Notes under the pieces: model-generated | The model's database searches: none | Seen by the model: only the letters and a program-made list of their open reading frames with translations | Told to the model about the DNA's origin: nothing | Assembly (NCBI GenBank): GCA_020637595.1 | Contig: JACKKE010000006.1 | Location: 167,720-231,719 of the forward strand | Reading direction: 5' to 3' | DNA from: Rhodobacter sp. | Lineage (GTDB): Bacteria; Pseudomonadota; Alphaproteobacteria; Rhodobacterales; Rhodobacteraceae | Length of the DNA: 64,000 bases | Made by a program: the position numbers and the translations under genes | Shown: piece by piece, positions 1-9,673 of the stretch | Layout of the letters: every line of letters begins with the position of its first letter | Numbering within the stretch: position 1 is the stretch's first letter

Positions 1-2
1 GC

Positions 3-731
3 TCGGACCTGACGCGGACCCTGGCAATCTTTGGCAAGCCCGTGGCCAAGCAGGAGCGCATCGTCATCATCGGCGCCGGCAACGTCGGTCTGGGGGTGGC
101 GCGGGCCCTGGAAACCCAGCCCGACCGGGTCCGGGTCAAGGTGATCGAACGCGACCGCTCGCGGGCCGAGGTCGCGGCGGATGCGCTGGAACGCACCATT
201 GTGCTGCATGGCGACGGGATGGACAGCGACCTCCTGGCCGAGGCCGGGATCGACAGCGCCGACACCGTGCTGGCGGTGACCGATGACGACAAGACCAACC
301 TCCTGACCTCGGTGCGGGCCAAGGCGATGGGCTGCAAGATGGCCATCGCGCTGGTCAACGACCCCTCGCTGGTGCCGCTGCTCGACCATCTGGGGATCGA
401 CGCGCATATCAACCCGCGCGCGACCACGGTGTCGTCGATCCTGCGCCATGTCCGCCACGGCCGCGTGCGCTCGATCTATACCATCGGCGATGGCGAGGCC
501 GAGGTGATCGAGGCGCAGGTGCTGTCGACCTCGCCGCTGGCGGGGCGCAAGATCGGCAATATCGGCTTTCCCGAGGGGGCGCTGGTCGGCGCGGTCAACA
601 AGCGCGGAACCTTCGTCAAGCCGACCGGCGCGACCGAACTGCAAGAGGGTGACGTGCTGGTGATCTTCGCGCTCAGCAAGGACGTGCCGGAAATCGAACG
701 CCTTCTGCAGGTGGCGGTGGAGTATTTCTGA
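3..731 (+). CDS. trkA: Trk potassium uptake NAD-binding subunit TrkA (5'-truncated by window edge)
   Basis: Frame is open from the window start. RCK_N motif IVIIGAGNVG, VLHGDG and VTDDDKTNLL, then an RCK_C domain. Directly upstream of trkH. Confidence 0.93.
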   Translation, partial: SDLTRTLAIFGKPVAKQERIVIIGAGNVGLGVARALETQPDRVRVKVIERDRSRAEVAADALERTIVLHGDGMDSDLLAEAGIDSADTVLAVTDDDKTNLLTSVRAKAMGCKMAIALVNDPSLVPLLDHLGIDAHINPRATTVSSILRHVRHGRVRSIYTIGDGEAEVIEAQVLSTSPLAGRKIGNIGFPEGALVGAVNKRGTFVKPTGATELQEGDVLVIFALSKDVPEIERLLQVAVEYF

Positions 732-732
732 G

Positions 733-2229
733 ATGCGCGCGCGCCTGGCATCGGTGCCCATGCTGGTCGTCCTGATCGCGGGCACCGGACTGTTGATGCA
801 GGTGCCGGCCTTCAAGGCTCTGGTCGACCGCGAACACCAGATCGCCCGCGCGTTCTTCTATTCCGGCCTGATCTGCCTGGTGCTGTCGGTGTTTTTCGCG
901 CTGGCGCTGTCGGCCTCGCAGCGCCGCAGCCGGTCGGGCGGGCTGTTTCCGCTGTTGACGACGATCTATCTGCTGGTGCCGGCGGTGATGGCCGTGCCCC
1001 TGGCCGAGGCGCTGCCGCAGATGCGCTTTGTCGATGCCTGGTTCGAGATGATCTCGGGTTTTACCACCACCGGGGCGTCGCTGATCGACCTGCCGCGGCG
1101 GGTGCCGCAGGCGGTGCATCTGTGGCGCGGACTCTCGGGCTGGCTGGGGGGGCTGTTCATCCTGTCGGCCGCCACTGCGCTGCTGGCGCCGATCGGGCTG
1201 GGCGGATACGAGCTGATCCACCGCAGCCCGGGGGCGCAGACCCGGGCCGGGATGGCCGGGGCCACCGCCGGCCGGCGGCTGATGGCTCATGCGCAGGTGG
1301 TGCTGCCGGCCTATGCCGGGCTGACACTGGGCCTGTGGTTCCTGCTGACGCTGTTCGGCGTGCCTGGGTTCGACGCACTGATGCAGGCGATGGCGACGCT
1401 GTCGACCTCGGGGATCCTGGCGCGCGAGACCTTGGGCAACACCGGGCTGCTGCCGGAGATGGCGCTGTTCGCCTTCATGGTGGTGGCCCTCAGCCGCCGG
1501 TTTCTGCCCGGCCACGGCGATCGCCCGCGCCCGCTGCACCGTGACCCGGAACTGGTCACCGCTGCCCTGATCGTGGCCCTGGTGTCGCTCTTTGTGCTGG
1601 CGCGCCACTGGGCCGGTGCCTTCGAGATCGCCGAGGGCGAGAACCTGCCGGCGATCGGCCGGGCGGCCTGGGGCGCGGCCTTTACCAGCCTCAGCTACCT
1701 GACCACCACCGGCTTTGTCAGCCAGGACTGGATCGCCAGCCGCGTCTGGTCGGGGCTGACGCCGCCGGGGCTGGTGCTGATGGGGCTGGCACTGCTGGGG
1801 GGCGGGGTCGCCACCACCGCGGGTGGGGTCAAGCTGCTCAGGGTCTTTGCACTGACCCGTCTGGGCAAGTTCGAGCTGGAACGCACGCTCTATCCGTCGC
1901 TGGTGATCGGCGGCAACGAATACGACCGGTTCCTCGCCACCACCGGGGCCCGCGCGGCCTGGCTGTTCGCGATGGTCTTTTCGTTGACGGCGGTGGTCGT
2001 CGTGGCGCTGTTGCTGGTCTCGGGCATGAGCCTCGAGACCGGACTGATTTTTGCCGCAGCCGCCCTGTCGAACACCGGCCCGCTGGTGCAGGTGGCGGGC
2101 GATCTGCCGCTCTACTGGGTTCTGGTCGGGGATCCGGCGCGCCTCGTGCTGGCGGCGGCGATGATTCTCGGGCGGCTGGAAATCCTGGTGCTGTTGGCCC
2201 TGTTCATCGCACGAACCCAGCGCGGCTGA
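733..2229 (+). CDS. trkH: TrkH-family potassium uptake membrane protein
   Basis: Multi-TM protein with pore-loop motifs FEMISGFTTTG, ATLSTSG, LTTTGF, GGGVATTAGGVKLLR, SNTGP and MILGRLE. Confidence 0.9.
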   Translation: MRARLASVPMLVVLIAGTGLLMQVPAFKALVDREHQIARAFFYSGLICLVLSVFFALALSASQRRSRSGGLFPLLTTIYLLVPAVMAVPLAEALPQMRFVDAWFEMISGFTTTGASLIDLPRRVPQAVHLWRGLSGWLGGLFILSAATALLAPIGLGGYELIHRSPGAQTRAGMAGATAGRRLMAHAQVVLPAYAGLTLGLWFLLTLFGVPGFDALMQAMATLSTSGILARETLGNTGLLPEMALFAFMVVALSRRFLPGHGDRPRPLHRDPELVTAALIVALVSLFVLARHWAGAFEIAEGENLPAIGRAAWGAAFTSLSYLTTTGFVSQDWIASRVWSGLTPPGLVLMGLALLGGGVATTAGGVKLLRVFALTRLGKFELERTLYPSLVIGGNEYDRFLATTGARAAWLFAMVFSLTAVVVVALLLVSGMSLETGLIFAAAALSNTGPLVQVAGDLPLYWVLVGDPARLVLAAAMILGRLEILVLLALFIARTQRG

Positions 2230-2412
2230 GCAACGCGGCAGTGGAAAAGCTTGCGCGATGGTGGAAATCCACCTGCGAAAACGCTTGTAATGCGCTGAAA
2301 TGGTGGAGAATCGGGGTAGAAACTTGCCCGGTGTCGCTTCATACTCGCGCGACAGGGGGAGACTGCGACAGCTGAGCACGCTGCGCGGGCCGGATAACAA
2401 AAGGCAAAGACA

Positions 2413-2646
2413 ATGGCCGTGGACAAACAGAATTTGCAGGATGCCTTTCTCAACCATGTTCGCAAGAACAAGGTGCCCGTCACGATTTTTTTGGTGAACG
2501 GGGTCAAGCTTTTGGGTGTCATTACCTGGTTCGACAACTTCTGCGTCCTGCTGCGCCGCGAGGGGCAGAGCCAGCTTGTCTACAAGCACGCGATCTCGAC
2601 GATCATGCCGGGGCAGCCGATCTCGCTGTATAACGGCGACGAGTGA
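2413..2646 (+). CDS. hfq: RNA chaperone Hfq
   Basis: [19 protein letters not shown] and [11 protein letters not shown] Sm motifs. Confidence 0.98.
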   Translation: MAVDKQNLQDAFLNHVRKNKVPVTIFLVNGVKLLGVITWFDNFCVLLRREGQSQLVYKHAISTIMPGQPISLYNGDE

Positions 2647-2670
2647 CGCCCCGAGGGGGGACATTCCATC

Positions 2671-4017
2671 GTGACCATTGACGTGTCGGAACTGGGTGGC
2701 GCCGGGGGCGGGCACCGGCAGCGCGCGCTGGTCCTGCATCCCGAAATCAAGGGCGCCGAGGTGTCTCGCGCCGCCGACGCGGCCTTGGCCGAGGCCTTGG
2801 CACTGGCCGAGGCCCTGCCGGGGATTGATGTCGTGCGCGGCGACGTCGTTCGTCTCGCCAAACCGCATCCGGGGATGTTGTTCGGCTCGGGCAAGGTGGC
2901 CGAGATCAAGACCTGGATCGAGGCCGACGAGGTCGAGCTGGTGCTGGTCGATGGGCCGGTGTCCCCCGTCCAGCAGCGCAACCTGGAAAAGGAATGGGGG
3001 GTGAAACTCCTCGACCGAACCGGGCTGATCCTGGAGATCTTTGCCGACCGCGCCCGCACCCGCGAGGGGGTGCTGCAGGTCGAACTGGCCGCGCTCAGCT
3101 ATCAGCGCACGCGGCTGGTCCGGGCCTGGACCCACCTCGAACGGCAGCGCGGCGGGCTCGGCTTTGTCGGCGGTCCGGGCGAAACCCAGATCGAGGCCGA
3201 CCGGCGTGCCATCGACACCCAGGTCGTGCGGCTGCGGCGGCAACTGGACAAGGTCGTCAAGACCCGCGAGCTGCACCGCGCGGCGCGGCGTCGCGTGCCC
3301 TATCCGGTGGTGGCGCTGGTCGGCTATACCAACGCGGGGAAATCGACGCTGTTCAACCGGTTGACCGGGGCCGATGTGCTGGCCAAGGACATGCTCTTCG
3401 CGACGCTGGATCCGACGATGCGGGCGGTGACCCTGCCGGGCGGGCTGGCGGTGATCCTGTCGGACACGGTGGGGTTCATCTCGGATCTGCCGACACAGCT
3501 GGTCGCGGCGTTTCGCGCGACACTGGAAGAGGTGCTCGAGGCCGATCTGATCCTGCATGTGCGCGACATCGCCCATCCCGAATCCGAGGCTCAGGCCAAG
3601 GATGTCGAGACCATCCTGACCGATCTGGGTGTCGGGCAGGACGTTCGGCGCATCGAGGTCTGGAACAAGGCCGACCTGCTGCCCGCCGATGACGCGCGCC
3701 TGACGGTGGCGGCCCGGCGGGACGGGGTGGTGGCGGTTTCGGCGCTGACCGGGCAGGGGATGGCGGATCTGGTCGAGGTCATCGGCGAGGCCCTGGGCGA
3801 TCAACGCCAGGTCGAGGTGGTGCCGATCGGGCATGCCGACGGGCGGGCGCGGGCCTTTGCCTATGAGGCCGGGATCGTGCTGTCCGAGGAACAGGGCGAC
3901 GAGGGTGCAACGCTGACGGTGTCCTGGTCACCCCGCCAGAAAGCCCAGTTCATTGCCTTGCGCGGCGGCTCGGGCGCTGGCCCCGCAGACGGTGGGGATA
4001 ACGGCGAGGCACCGTGA
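2671..4017 (+). CDS. hflX: Ribosome-splitting GTPase HflX
   Basis: GPGETQIEADRR, GYTNAGKST (G1), LFATLDPT (G2), DTVGF (G3), NKAD (G4). Follows hfq. GTG start uncertain. Confidence 0.96.
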   Translation: MTIDVSELGGAGGGHRQRALVLHPEIKGAEVSRAADAALAEALALAEALPGIDVVRGDVVRLAKPHPGMLFGSGKVAEIKTWIEADEVELVLVDGPVSPVQQRNLEKEWGVKLLDRTGLILEIFADRARTREGVLQVELAALSYQRTRLVRAWTHLERQRGGLGFVGGPGETQIEADRRAIDTQVVRLRRQLDKVVKTRELHRAARRRVPYPVVALVGYTNAGKSTLFNRLTGADVLAKDMLFATLDPTMRAVTLPGGLAVILSDTVGFISDLPTQLVAAFRATLEEVLEADLILHVRDIAHPESEAQAKDVETILTDLGVGQDVRRIEVWNKADLLPADDARLTVAARRDGVVAVSALTGQGMADLVEVIGEALGDQRQVEVVPIGHADGRARAFAYEAGIVLSEEQGDEGATLTVSWSPRQKAQFIALRGGSGAGPADGGDNGEAP

Positions 4018-4027
4018 CCGGTCACCG

Positions 4028-4125
4028 GGGACCGGCACGGTTCAGGCACCCGGGAGACCGGCGGCGTGGCAGGCTCCTGGGGAGACCGGCGCCGTGATCG
4101 GCACCCCGGGACCGGCGGCGCGGCG
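4028..4125. repeat. Degenerate tandem repeat, about 4 units of 24-28 bp, core GGG(AG)ACCGGC
   Basis: Cores begin at 4028, 4052, 4080 and 4108 in the hflX-fliG convergent gap. Confidence 0.5.
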
Positions 4126-4305
4126 GCTTTGAGCCTCCGGTGTGTGCCGCGCCTGCAGCGCCGTTCAGCCTTGAACCGCAGCGGCGGGTGTGGCTCTGCC
4201 TGCGCGTCGCCCTCGATTGCGGCCATTGCCGTCGTTCCCGGCAAACCCCGACCGGCAGTTTCCGCCTTGTGTCGCGGCCGTGTTTGATGGGGTTCGCCTG
4301 CTGGG

Positions 4306-5415
4306 CTACTCCTCGTCCTCATCGGTCAGCATGGTGATGTCGCCGGCGTCAGCCAGCCCTCGCACGGCAAAGACGACGGCGGCCATCGCGGGCTCGGCCT
4401 CCTTGGCTTTGACCTTGCCGCGCGTTTCGACCTCGTCGCGCAGGGTGGCGGCCATGCGTTGCGACATGTTGGCGAGCAGGAAATCGGCCGAGCGGCCGTC
4501 CGCCGTTTCCGGGGTTGGCAGGGCCGCGGCCAGGGCGGTGATCAGATCGGCCTGCGGCACCTCGCGCAGGATCTTGGGCACGTCGCGCGGGCTGATCCGC
4601 TCATGGATATGGCCGAAGGTAAAGATCGCCTTGCGCACCCCGTCGGCAAAGCCCGCGTCCTGCTCGGTCAACCCCTCGAGCAGGGCGTCGCGCACCGGGG
4701 CGGGGGCCGAATTCAGGATCGCGCCGACGCGGGTCGCCGGGGGGGCGGGAAAGGCCGGATAGGGCCGATCGTCAAGCACCCGGGCAATCGAAGTGCCGAT
4801 GCGCGCCACGGTGGCCGGGTTGATCCCTTCGGTCAGCGACACCGCATAGGCGACGCGGCGCGCGCGTTCCCCCGGCATCTTGCCCAGCAGCTCGGCGGCG
4901 CGGGTGACCGAGAGCTTGGACAGCACCACCGCCGCCACCTCGGGGCTTTCGCCTTCGAGGATGTCCAGCAGGGCCGCGGGTTCTGCCTGCACGATCCGCT
5001 CCCACGGGTCGGCGCCGTCACGGGTGCGGGCCATGTGTTTCAACCGGTTCGACGCGCCGGGGCTGAGGCGACCGTCGAGCGCCTTGAGCGCGCCGTCGAT
5101 CCCGCCGGGAAAGCTGAGGCCGACCTGATCCAGCGTTTCGACGAATTCCGAAACCACCGCCGAGAGCGTGTCGCGGTCGACCAGACGCATCTGGCCGATC
5201 TGTTCGGTCAGCGCGGTCTGCATGTCCTCAGGGAGGGCGGTGAGTTTCAGGTCCGCCCCCTCGGCCAGCAGGAGGCGGACGAGGATCGCCGCCTTTTGCC
5301 GTCCGCTGAGGGCGCGGATCTGACGGCCCGAAGGGCTGGTCGCGGCGGGTGGTGGGGGCGCCCCGGCCATCGAGGGCGGGGCGAGGGTTGGCAGCGGGGC
5401 AGAATCAGCAGGCAT
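4306..5415 (-). CDS. fliG: Flagellar motor switch protein FliG family
   Basis: LSGRQKAAIL N-terminus, ESPEVAAVVLS (EHPQ-like), IFTFGHI and LANMSQRMAATLRDE C-terminal motifs. Confidence 0.85.
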   Translation of the reverse strand: MPADSAPLPTLAPPSMAGAPPPPAATSPSGRQIRALSGRQKAAILVRLLLAEGADLKLTALPEDMQTALTEQIGQMRLVDRDTLSAVVSEFVETLDQVGLSFPGGIDGALKALDGRLSPGASNRLKHMARTRDGADPWERIVQAEPAALLDILEGESPEVAAVVLSKLSVTRAAELLGKMPGERARRVAYAVSLTEGINPATVARIGTSIARVLDDRPYPAFPAPPATRVGAILNSAPAPVRDALLEGLTEQDAGFADGVRKAIFTFGHIHERISPRDVPKILREVPQADLITALAAALPTPETADGRSADFLLANMSQRMAATLRDEVETRGKVKAKEAEPAMAAVVFAVRGLADAGDITMLTDEDEE

Positions 5416-5457
5416 GGCGGTATCCGTCGAAGGTTCCGCCAGATTCGGGCATCGGGG

Positions 5458-5473
5458 TTAATCGGCGGATAAC
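5458..5473. promoter_or_regulatory. Candidate CtrA box upstream of fliG
   Basis: TTAA-TCGGCGG-ATAAC, one mismatch to TTAA-N7-TTAAC, 43 nt upstream of the fliG start. Confidence 0.55.
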
Positions 5474-5505
5474 AGCCGCGAATTTTCGCGCGCGGGGGCA
5501 GAAAT

Positions 5506-5519
5506 TTGATCCATGTCAA
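5506..5519. promoter_or_regulatory. Candidate FNR/FnrL box
   Basis: TTGAT-CCAT-GTCAA versus consensus TTGAT-N4-ATCAA. Confidence 0.65.
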
Positions 5520-5547
5520 AGTTTCTTGCGCCTGCAACGAATATCAA

Positions 5548-5667
5548 GATGGGGAAGGGCCGGGCCAAGACCATTGCCTGATCTTCATCTCCCGTTTCCG
5601 GGCGCACCTCCCTGCGTCTGGTATACTGAATACGCCGCGAGACCTCCCTCTCGCGGCGTTTCTTTCT
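5548..5667 (+). ncRNA. Putative small regulatory RNA with two CCUCCC anti-SD loops
   Basis: Imperfect hairpin 5548-5596. Hairpin 5598-5621 has loop CCTCCC. Perfect 11-bp hairpin 5632-5659 has loop CCTCCC and is followed by TTCTTTCT. 5' end is approximate. Confidence 0.7.
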
Positions 5668-5676
5668 GTGCAGGAC

Positions 5677-6810
5677 TCAGAGGTCGGCAGCGACCGCGGC
5701 CTGCGCCCCGGCGTCGATCTCGGCGGCGCGCTTTTCGACCAGCTCGACGATATGGTCGATCATCGCCGCGTTCGACATCTTGTGGCTCTGCTTGCCGGCC
5801 AGATAGATCATCCCCGAGCCAGCGCCGCCACCGGTAAAGCCGATGTCGGTCAGCAGTGCCTCGCCGGGGCCATTCACCACGCAGCCAATGATGCTGAGGC
5901 TCATCGGCGTCTTGATATGCGACAGCCGGTCCTCGAGTGCCTCGACGGTCTTGATCACGTCGAACCCTTGCCGCGCGCAGCTGGGGCAGGAGATGATCTG
6001 CACGCCGCGGGTGCGCAGGCCCAGCGATTTCAGGATCTCGTAGCCGACACGGACCTCTTCGACCGGATCGGCCGACAGCGAGACGCGGATTGTGTCGCCG
6101 ATCCCCGACCACAGCAGGTTGCCCATGCCGATGGCCGATTTGACGGCCCCGGCGACGAAACCGCCCGCCTCGGTGATGCCCAGATGGATCGGCGCGTCGG
6201 TGGCCTCGGCCAGCTGCTGATAGGCGGCGGCAGCGAGGAACACGTCAGACGCCTTTACCGAGATCTTGAACTCGTGAAAGTCGTTGTCCTGCAGCAGTTT
6301 GATGTGGTCGAGGCCGCTTTCCACCATCGCGTCGGGGCAGGGCTCGCCGTATTTGTCCAGCAGGTGCTTTTCCAGCGATCCGGCGTTCACCCCGATGCGG
6401 ATCGAGCAGCCGTGATCTTTGGCGGCCTTGACCACCTCGCGCACCCGCTCGGCCGAACCGATGTTGCCGGGGTTGATGCGCAGGCAGGCGGCACCGGCCT
6501 CGGCGGCCTCGATCGCGCGTTTGTAGTGGAAATGGATGTCCGCGACGATCGGCACCGGGCTTTCGCGGGTGATCTCGCGCAGGGCGCGGGTCGAGGATTC
6601 ATCGGGGGTCGAAACGCGGACGATATCGGCACCGGCATCGGCGGCGGCGATCACCTGCGCCAGCGTCGCCTTGACGTCCGAGCTGTCGGTGTTGGTCATC
6701 GTCTGCACGGAAATCGGTGCGTCGCCGCCGACGGGGACCGCGCCGACCATGATCTGGCGCGACTTGCGCCGTTCGATGTTGCGCCAGGGGCGGACGGGAT
6801 TGTGCGACAT
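5677..6810 (-). CDS. ispG: (E)-4-hydroxy-3-methylbut-2-enyl-diphosphate synthase
   Basis: [48 protein letters not shown]. Start moved to MSHNPVRP. Confidence 0.97.
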   Translation of the reverse strand: MSHNPVRPWRNIERRKSRQIMVGAVPVGGDAPISVQTMTNTDSSDVKATLAQVIAAADAGADIVRVSTPDESSTRALREITRESPVPIVADIHFHYKRAIEAAEAGAACLRINPGNIGSAERVREVVKAAKDHGCSIRIGVNAGSLEKHLLDKYGEPCPDAMVESGLDHIKLLQDNDFHEFKISVKASDVFLAAAAYQQLAEATDAPIHLGITEAGGFVAGAVKSAIGMGNLLWSGIGDTIRVSLSADPVEEVRVGYEILKSLGLRTRGVQIISCPSCARQGFDVIKTVEALEDRLSHIKTPMSLSIIGCVVNGPGEALLTDIGFTGGGAGSGMIYLAGKQSHKMSNAAMIDHIVELVEKRAAEIDAGAQAAVAADL

Positions 6811-6884
6811 GGGGCTTCCGTAAACCGGGGATGGGGCCTGCCTGACATAGGCCGGCAACGGGGGTGTGACAATGCGGCGGGCCG

Positions 6885-6917
6885 GAAAAGGAAAGGCCCG
6901 CGCAGGGGGCGCGGGCC
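6885..6917 (-). terminator. Rho-independent terminator after the rodZ-like gene
   Basis: 9-bp stem GGCCCGCGC/GCGCGGGCC followed on the minus strand by TTTCCTTTTC. Confidence 0.6.
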
Positions 6918-6923
6918 GCGAGG

Positions 6924-8141
6924 TTACTCGCTCAGCCGGGCGACGTGAACCGCCAGATCCTGATCGCGGCTGAGATCCGCGACCTGATAGTGTTCGCGCA
7001 GGTCGTTGACGTCCAGCGCCACGTTGCGGACCACCTGGGCCCCCGGCGCCGCCGGACCATAGGCCTGACCGTTGATCAGAAAATAGACCGAACCCGAGTT
7101 GCCGGCATGCAGGGTCGGCGGCTGCTCGGTCTGCGGGATGGTATAGCGTTCGCCAGCATCGAGGATCCGCTCGAAGATGACCGTGCCATCGGCGGCGCGA
7201 ACCCGCAGCCAGGACGGGCGCACGGCCAGCAGCTCGACGGTGTCGGGGCCGTTGTCGACGACCTGCGGCGCATCGCCGCCATCGCCGGCCAGCGCCAGAG
7301 CCACGGCGTTGTCGGTCGAAATCCCGGCCGGCGCGGTGGGTTCGGGCGATTCGGGAACGATCGCGGCGATCGGGCCGTCGCGCGGCACCAGCACCGGCAC
7401 ATCCAGCGCCTGTGGCCGGGCGATGCGCACATGCCCTTCGGCGGTGCGGGTGCTGCCTGCGCCTGCCGGCAGCACGCCGGTGCCGGCATTGGCACCGTTC
7501 AACGGATCGGTATCGGCGCTGGCCAGCGCCCCGCTGGCGTTGGTGGGCGACAGCGGGTTGAAGTCGCTGACCACGCTGGGGACGATATCGGCGGGCGCGA
7601 CCTGCACGCGTTGCACTTCCTTCAGCACGGTCCAGCCGGCATACCCCAGCCCGGCGATCAGCGCGATCAGCACGGTCACCGACCCCAGCGCGCCGGGTTC
7701 GATCCGTTTCCAGAACGGATCGGGGTCGGGCAGGATGCCGACGCCCTTCAGGCCGCCGCTGACACGGGTGTCGGCCATCGGTTCGCTGCGCTGTGCGCGC
7801 AGGCCCGAACCCGAGGACGCGGCCATGCCGTGAGCGACCTGGAAATCATGTTCGAGGCAGAAGCGTTCATAGACCCACTCGGGGTCCATACCCAGATAGC
7901 GCGCGTAGGACCGCACGAAGCCGGCGATAAAACTGGGGGTCTCGAACGCCTTGAGGTCGCCGTTCTCGATCGCGGCGATATAGGTGGCCCGGATGTGCAA
8001 TTCCCGTTGAACATCCAGCAGCGACTTGCCCAATGTCGCTCGCTCGCCCCGGAGGATATCACCCAGCCGGAGTTCGAAGTCATCGAACCCGCGCGGCCGT
8101 TCCTCGGTCTCGTTCCGGGGCGTTTCTTTACGCCAGATCAT
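6924..8141 (-). CDS. rodZ: RodZ-like cell shape protein (HTH, TM, DUF4115-type C-terminus)
   Basis: [16 protein letters not shown]...YIAAIENGD...[16 protein letters not shown], single TM, C-terminal [10 protein letters not shown]...AGNSG. Upstream of ispG. Start moved to MIWRK. Confidence 0.85.
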   Translation of the reverse strand: MIWRKETPRNETEERPRGFDDFELRLGDILRGERATLGKSLLDVQRELHIRATYIAAIENGDLKAFETPSFIAGFVRSYARYLGMDPEWVYERFCLEHDFQVAHGMAASSGSGLRAQRSEPMADTRVSGGLKGVGILPDPDPFWKRIEPGALGSVTVLIALIAGLGYAGWTVLKEVQRVQVAPADIVPSVVSDFNPLSPTNASGALASADTDPLNGANAGTGVLPAGAGSTRTAEGHVRIARPQALDVPVLVPRDGPIAAIVPESPEPTAPAGISTDNAVALALAGDGGDAPQVVDNGPDTVELLAVRPSWLRVRAADGTVIFERILDAGERYTIPQTEQPPTLHAGNSGSVYFLINGQAYGPAAPGAQVVRNVALDVNDLREHYQVADLSRDQDLAVHVARLSE

Positions 8142-8296
8142 GCGCCTCTGTCCCTGCTTACCGCCTGCTCGCCATCGGATCGCTTGACTGTGGCACTCAT
8201 GCCGCACCGGGAGTCAGTGCAACCGAGTCGCTCCACAACGATCTCTTGAGGACATTAATAGCAGATCGGAAAAGCCAGTTGAAGCGTAAGCCGTTG

Positions 8297-9526
8297 TCAG
8301 GCCGACAGTTCGGCGCGATTCAGCGCACAATGTGCCCACAACTGATCCATTGCGCGCACGACGCGGTCGATCTCTTTGGGATCGTGCACGGGCGACGGCG
8401 TGAAGCGCAGACGCTCGGTTCCGCGGGGCACTGTCGGGAAATTGATCGGCTGGACATAGATACCGAAGTTTTCCAGCAACATGTCCGAGATCTTCTTGCA
8501 GTGCACCGGATCGCCGACATGGACCGGGACGATGTGGCTGCCGTGGTCGATGATCGGCATGCCCATTGCCTGCAGGCGCATTTTCAGGATCTTTGCGTGT
8601 TCCTGCTGCAGGTCGCGCAGCTTTTGCCCCTCGGCCGATTTCAGGAAGGCGATCGAGGCGGCACAGCCCGCAGCCACCGCCGGCGGCAGCGAGGTGGTAA
8701 AGATGAAACCCGGCGCATAGGAGCGCACGGCGTCGACCATCTTGGCGGTGGCCGCGATATAGCCGCCGAACACGCCAAAGGCCTTGGCCATCGTGCCGTT
8801 GATGATGTCGATGCGGTGCATCAGCCCGTCACGCTCGGCCACGCCGGCGCCGCGGGGGCCATACATGCCGACCGCATGAACCTCGTCGATATAGGTCAGG
8901 GCGCCGAATTCGTCGGCCAGATCGCAGAAGGCCTCGATCGGGCCGAAATCGCCGTCCATCGAATAGATCGATTCGAAGGCGATCAGCTTGGGCGCGGCCG
9001 GGTCGTCGGCCTCGAGCATCGCGCGCAGATGCGCCACGTCGTTGTGGCGGAAGATCCGCTTGGCGCCGCCGTTCTTGCGGATGCCCTCGATCATCGAGTT
9101 GTGGTTCAGCTCGTCCGAATAGATGATCAGCCCCGGAAAGATCGCCCGCAGCGTCGAGAGCGTCGCGTCATTGGCGATATAGGCCGAGGTGAAGACCAGC
9201 GCGGCCTCTTTCTGATGAAGGTCGGCGATCTCGGCTTCCAGGCGCTTGTGATAGACCGTGGTGCCGGAAATGTTGCGTGTGCCGCCCGACCCCGCACCGG
9301 TGGCGTCCAGCGCCTCATGCATCGCAGCAAGCACGGCGGGATTCTGACCCATGCCGAGATAGTCGTTGCCGCACCAGACGGTGATGTCCTTCTGGGATCC
9401 ATCGGGGCGATTCCAGACCGCATGCGGGTAATGGCCCTTGCGCCGCTCGATGTCGATGAAGGTGCGATAACGCCCTTCGTCGTGCAGGCGTTGAAGGGCG
9501 GTGTCGAGTGCGGCTTCGTAGTTCAC
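8297..9526 (-). CDS. hemA: 5-aminolevulinate synthase
   Basis: [45 protein letters not shown] (PLP lysine), GFIFTTS. GTG start after a GGGGAGAG RBS. Confidence 0.97.
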   Translation of the reverse strand: MNYEAALDTALQRLHDEGRYRTFIDIERRKGHYPHAVWNRPDGSQKDITVWCGNDYLGMGQNPAVLAAMHEALDATGAGSGGTRNISGTTVYHKRLEAEIADLHQKEAALVFTSAYIANDATLSTLRAIFPGLIIYSDELNHNSMIEGIRKNGGAKRIFRHNDVAHLRAMLEADDPAAPKLIAFESIYSMDGDFGPIEAFCDLADEFGALTYIDEVHAVGMYGPRGAGVAERDGLMHRIDIINGTMAKAFGVFGGYIAATAKMVDAVRSYAPGFIFTTSLPPAVAAGCAASIAFLKSAEGQKLRDLQQEHAKILKMRLQAMGMPIIDHGSHIVPVHVGDPVHCKKISDMLLENFGIYVQPINFPTVPRGTERLRFTPSPVHDPKEIDRVVRAMDQLWAHCALNRAELSA

Positions 9527-9616
9527 GTGTCTCTCCCCTGGCGTCTCGCTGGGCACGAGCGTTCGGCTCCCGGTCAAAAGCTGGGCAATCTATGCATGTT
9601 TGAATGCACGGATTCT

Positions 9617-9630
9617 ATGACTTGGATCAA
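9617..9630. promoter_or_regulatory. Candidate FNR/FnrL box upstream of hemA
   Basis: Minus strand TTGAT-CCAA-GTCAT, about 90 nt upstream of hemA. FnrL control of hemA is known in Rhodobacter. Confidence 0.6.
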
Positions 9631-9673
9631 TTCAAAAAAGTGTCGCACCCCGGCGATCGGGTCGTTTTTTTGC

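Noticed and set aside
673-3834. 1053-aa minus-strand ORF, and similar long ORFs at 17284-20982, 37894-40518 and 57696-61145
   Set aside because: Antisense shadows of well-supported genes. High GC and codon bias suppress stops, and the translations have no motifs.
4028-4125. Possible CRISPR-like array
   Set aside because: Conserved core is only about 10 bp, units are 24-28 bp in total with no proper spacers, and there are no cas genes.
5549-5581. Mini-ORF MGKGRAKTIA inside the sRNA candidate
   Set aside because: No RBS, only 10 codons, and it lies within a predicted stem at or before the likely start site.
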